From positions 30,889 to 94,888 of IMG/VR virus record IMGVR_UViG_3300038548_000082: 64,000 nt of DNA. One strand, given 5' to 3'. Numbering within the stretch: the first letter of the stretch is position 1; every line of letters starts with the position of its first letter. The DNA comes from a virus (taxonomy: Duplodnaviria; Heunggongvirae; Uroviricota; Caudoviricetes). This document shows, piece by piece, positions 63,255-64,000 of this stretch. The notes beneath the pieces are model-generated. The model searched no databases and was not told the DNA's origin. It was given only the letters and a program-made list of their open reading frames with translations. A program made the position numbers and the translations under genes.

Positions 63255-64000
63255 ATGACAATAAGTGCTAAAATTATAGCGGATTCAATCAGTAACGGTA
63301 AAAGGATTACAACATGGGAATTAGAGTATCCCCGTTTTATTCATGCAGAGCTTATGACGCATCGGTTGTTTAGCCGTAATGCTGCTAGCTCTCGTGCTAT
63401 CCCTATTGACAAAACTCTTGATCAAGTTCTTAACAATGCTGCAAGCCCTGAAGAGTGGGGTTACAACCAAGCAGGTATGCAAGCTGAGAAGTCCATGTCA
63501 GGTTGGCGTGTAGTCACTGCTAAGTGGTTGTGGAAACAGGCTGCTAAGTTTGCTGTAATGGCAGCAAAGAACCTTCAAGATTTTGGCTTACATAAGCAGA
63601 TTGTAAATCGTGTATTAGAACCATTCGTTCATATGAAAGTGGTAGTTACTGCTACTGAGTGGAACAACTGGTTTTACTTACGTGATCATAAAGATGCACA
63701 ACCAGAGATTCGCATCCTTGCAGCTATGATGAAAGAGATCGTAACTGATGCAACACCACAAGAGCTTAAAGCTGGTGAGTGGCATTTGCCTTATGTAGCC
63801 AATGAGAGACACAGGGGGGGCTTACGAAGCAAACTAGAGGATGGAACTTTGATAACTCTAGAAGATGCTAAGAAGGTCTCATCTTCTTGTTGTGCTCAAG
63901 TAAGTTACCGAGTTCTTGACGAAAGTTTGGAGAAGGCTTTAAAGATCTATGATCAACTTGTAACTATGACTCCAGTACATGCTAGTCCTTTTGAGCATCA
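63255..64000 (+). CDS. thyX: flavin-dependent thymidylate synthase ThyX (3' end beyond window)
   Basis: ThyX motif LMTHRLFSRNAASSRA (RHRx7S); ORF open to window end. Confidence 0.75.
   Translation, partial: MTISAKIIADSISNGKRITTWELEYPRFIHAELMTHRLFSRNAASSRAIPIDKTLDQVLNNAASPEEWGYNQAGMQAEKSMSGWRVVTAKWLWKQAAKFAVMAAKNLQDFGLHKQIVNRVLEPFVHMKVVVTATEWNNWFYLRDHKDAQPEIRILAAMMKEIVTDATPQELKAGEWHLPYVANERHRGGLRSKLEDGTLITLEDAKKVSSSCCAQVSYRVLDESLEKALKIYDQLVTMTPVHASPFEH

Noticed and set aside
1-64000. Prophage boundaries, integrase, repressor or att sites
   Set aside because: No tyrosine or serine recombinase motifs, no CI-like repressor, and no host-like flanking genes. The window looks like an entirely phage (probably virulent) genome segment.

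Overview
The window is a 64-kb contiguous stretch of a tailed dsDNA phage genome. No integrase, repressor or att sites are visible, so it is probably a virulent myovirus with a P2/Mu-like baseplate. It is AT-rich, and its promoters match the sigma70 consensus (extended -35 'AAGTGTTGACA').

Layout from left to right:
1. 1-5.6 kb, plus strand: an early/RNA-metabolism block. It holds a CCA-adding tRNA nucleotidyltransferase, a pfam10127-like nucleotidyltransferase split into two ORFs by a free-standing GIY-YIG homing endonuclease, and a CoaB-like (DFP-family) protein.
2. 5.6-6.3 kb: an ORF-free repeat hub. It has tandem direct repeats, a polypyrimidine tract, and a 35-bp perfect inverted repeat carrying divergent promoters.
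3. 6.3-12.1 kb: a modular cassette of at least 14 small ORFs. Each has its own consensus promoter and a conserved non-Shine-Dalgarno leader ('AGCUACAACUUAAACAAAACGAG').
4. 12.1-13.6 kb: a 1.5-kb non-coding hub. It contains an array of about 10 direct and inverted 'TTGACA-N11-GTATGCTAG' units, plus 'AATGATTCG' repeats that are inverted copies of repeats at 5.8-6.1 kb.
5. 13.6-19.9 kb, minus strand: a block of small genes. These include an HD-domain (p)ppGpp-hydrolase-like protein, a DprA/SLOG-like protein, an M15 peptidase and an HNH endonuclease.
6. 20.2-24.9 kb: a tRNA island with 16 tRNAs plus degenerate tRNA-like elements. It is interspersed with strong promoters and HNH endonucleases.
7. 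25.0-48.4 kb: the structural module. It runs terminase, portal, protease/scaffold, capsid, sheath, tube, chaperones with a -1 frameshift, tape measure, baseplate V/W/J/I and fibers.
8. 48.7-50.2 kb: small membrane proteins, a possible holin/lysis set.
9. 50.2-64 kb: an accessory and nucleotide-metabolism block. It holds a second GIY-YIG homing endonuclease, an RnlA-type RNA ligase, a 55-aa type IV pilin-like peptide (below the ORF-track size cutoff), an SPFH/band-7 protein, a DUF4258-like protein, a Cys-nucleophile alpha/beta hydrolase, a UvrD-like helicase, an HslV-like Ntn peptidase, an ATP-dependent DNA ligase, PRPP synthetase plus nicotinamide phosphoribosyltransferase (NAD salvage), a small lipoprotein, dCMP deaminase and ThyX (truncated at the window end).

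The signals most worth a second look are the promoter-like repeat array, the promoter-leader-ORF cassette flanked by inverted repeats, the pilin-like mini-ORF, the HslV-like peptidase, the split nucleotidyltransferase, the tRNA-repair gene set, and the NAD-salvage pair. Coordinates of non-ORF-track elements were counted by eye and may be off by 1-2 nt.
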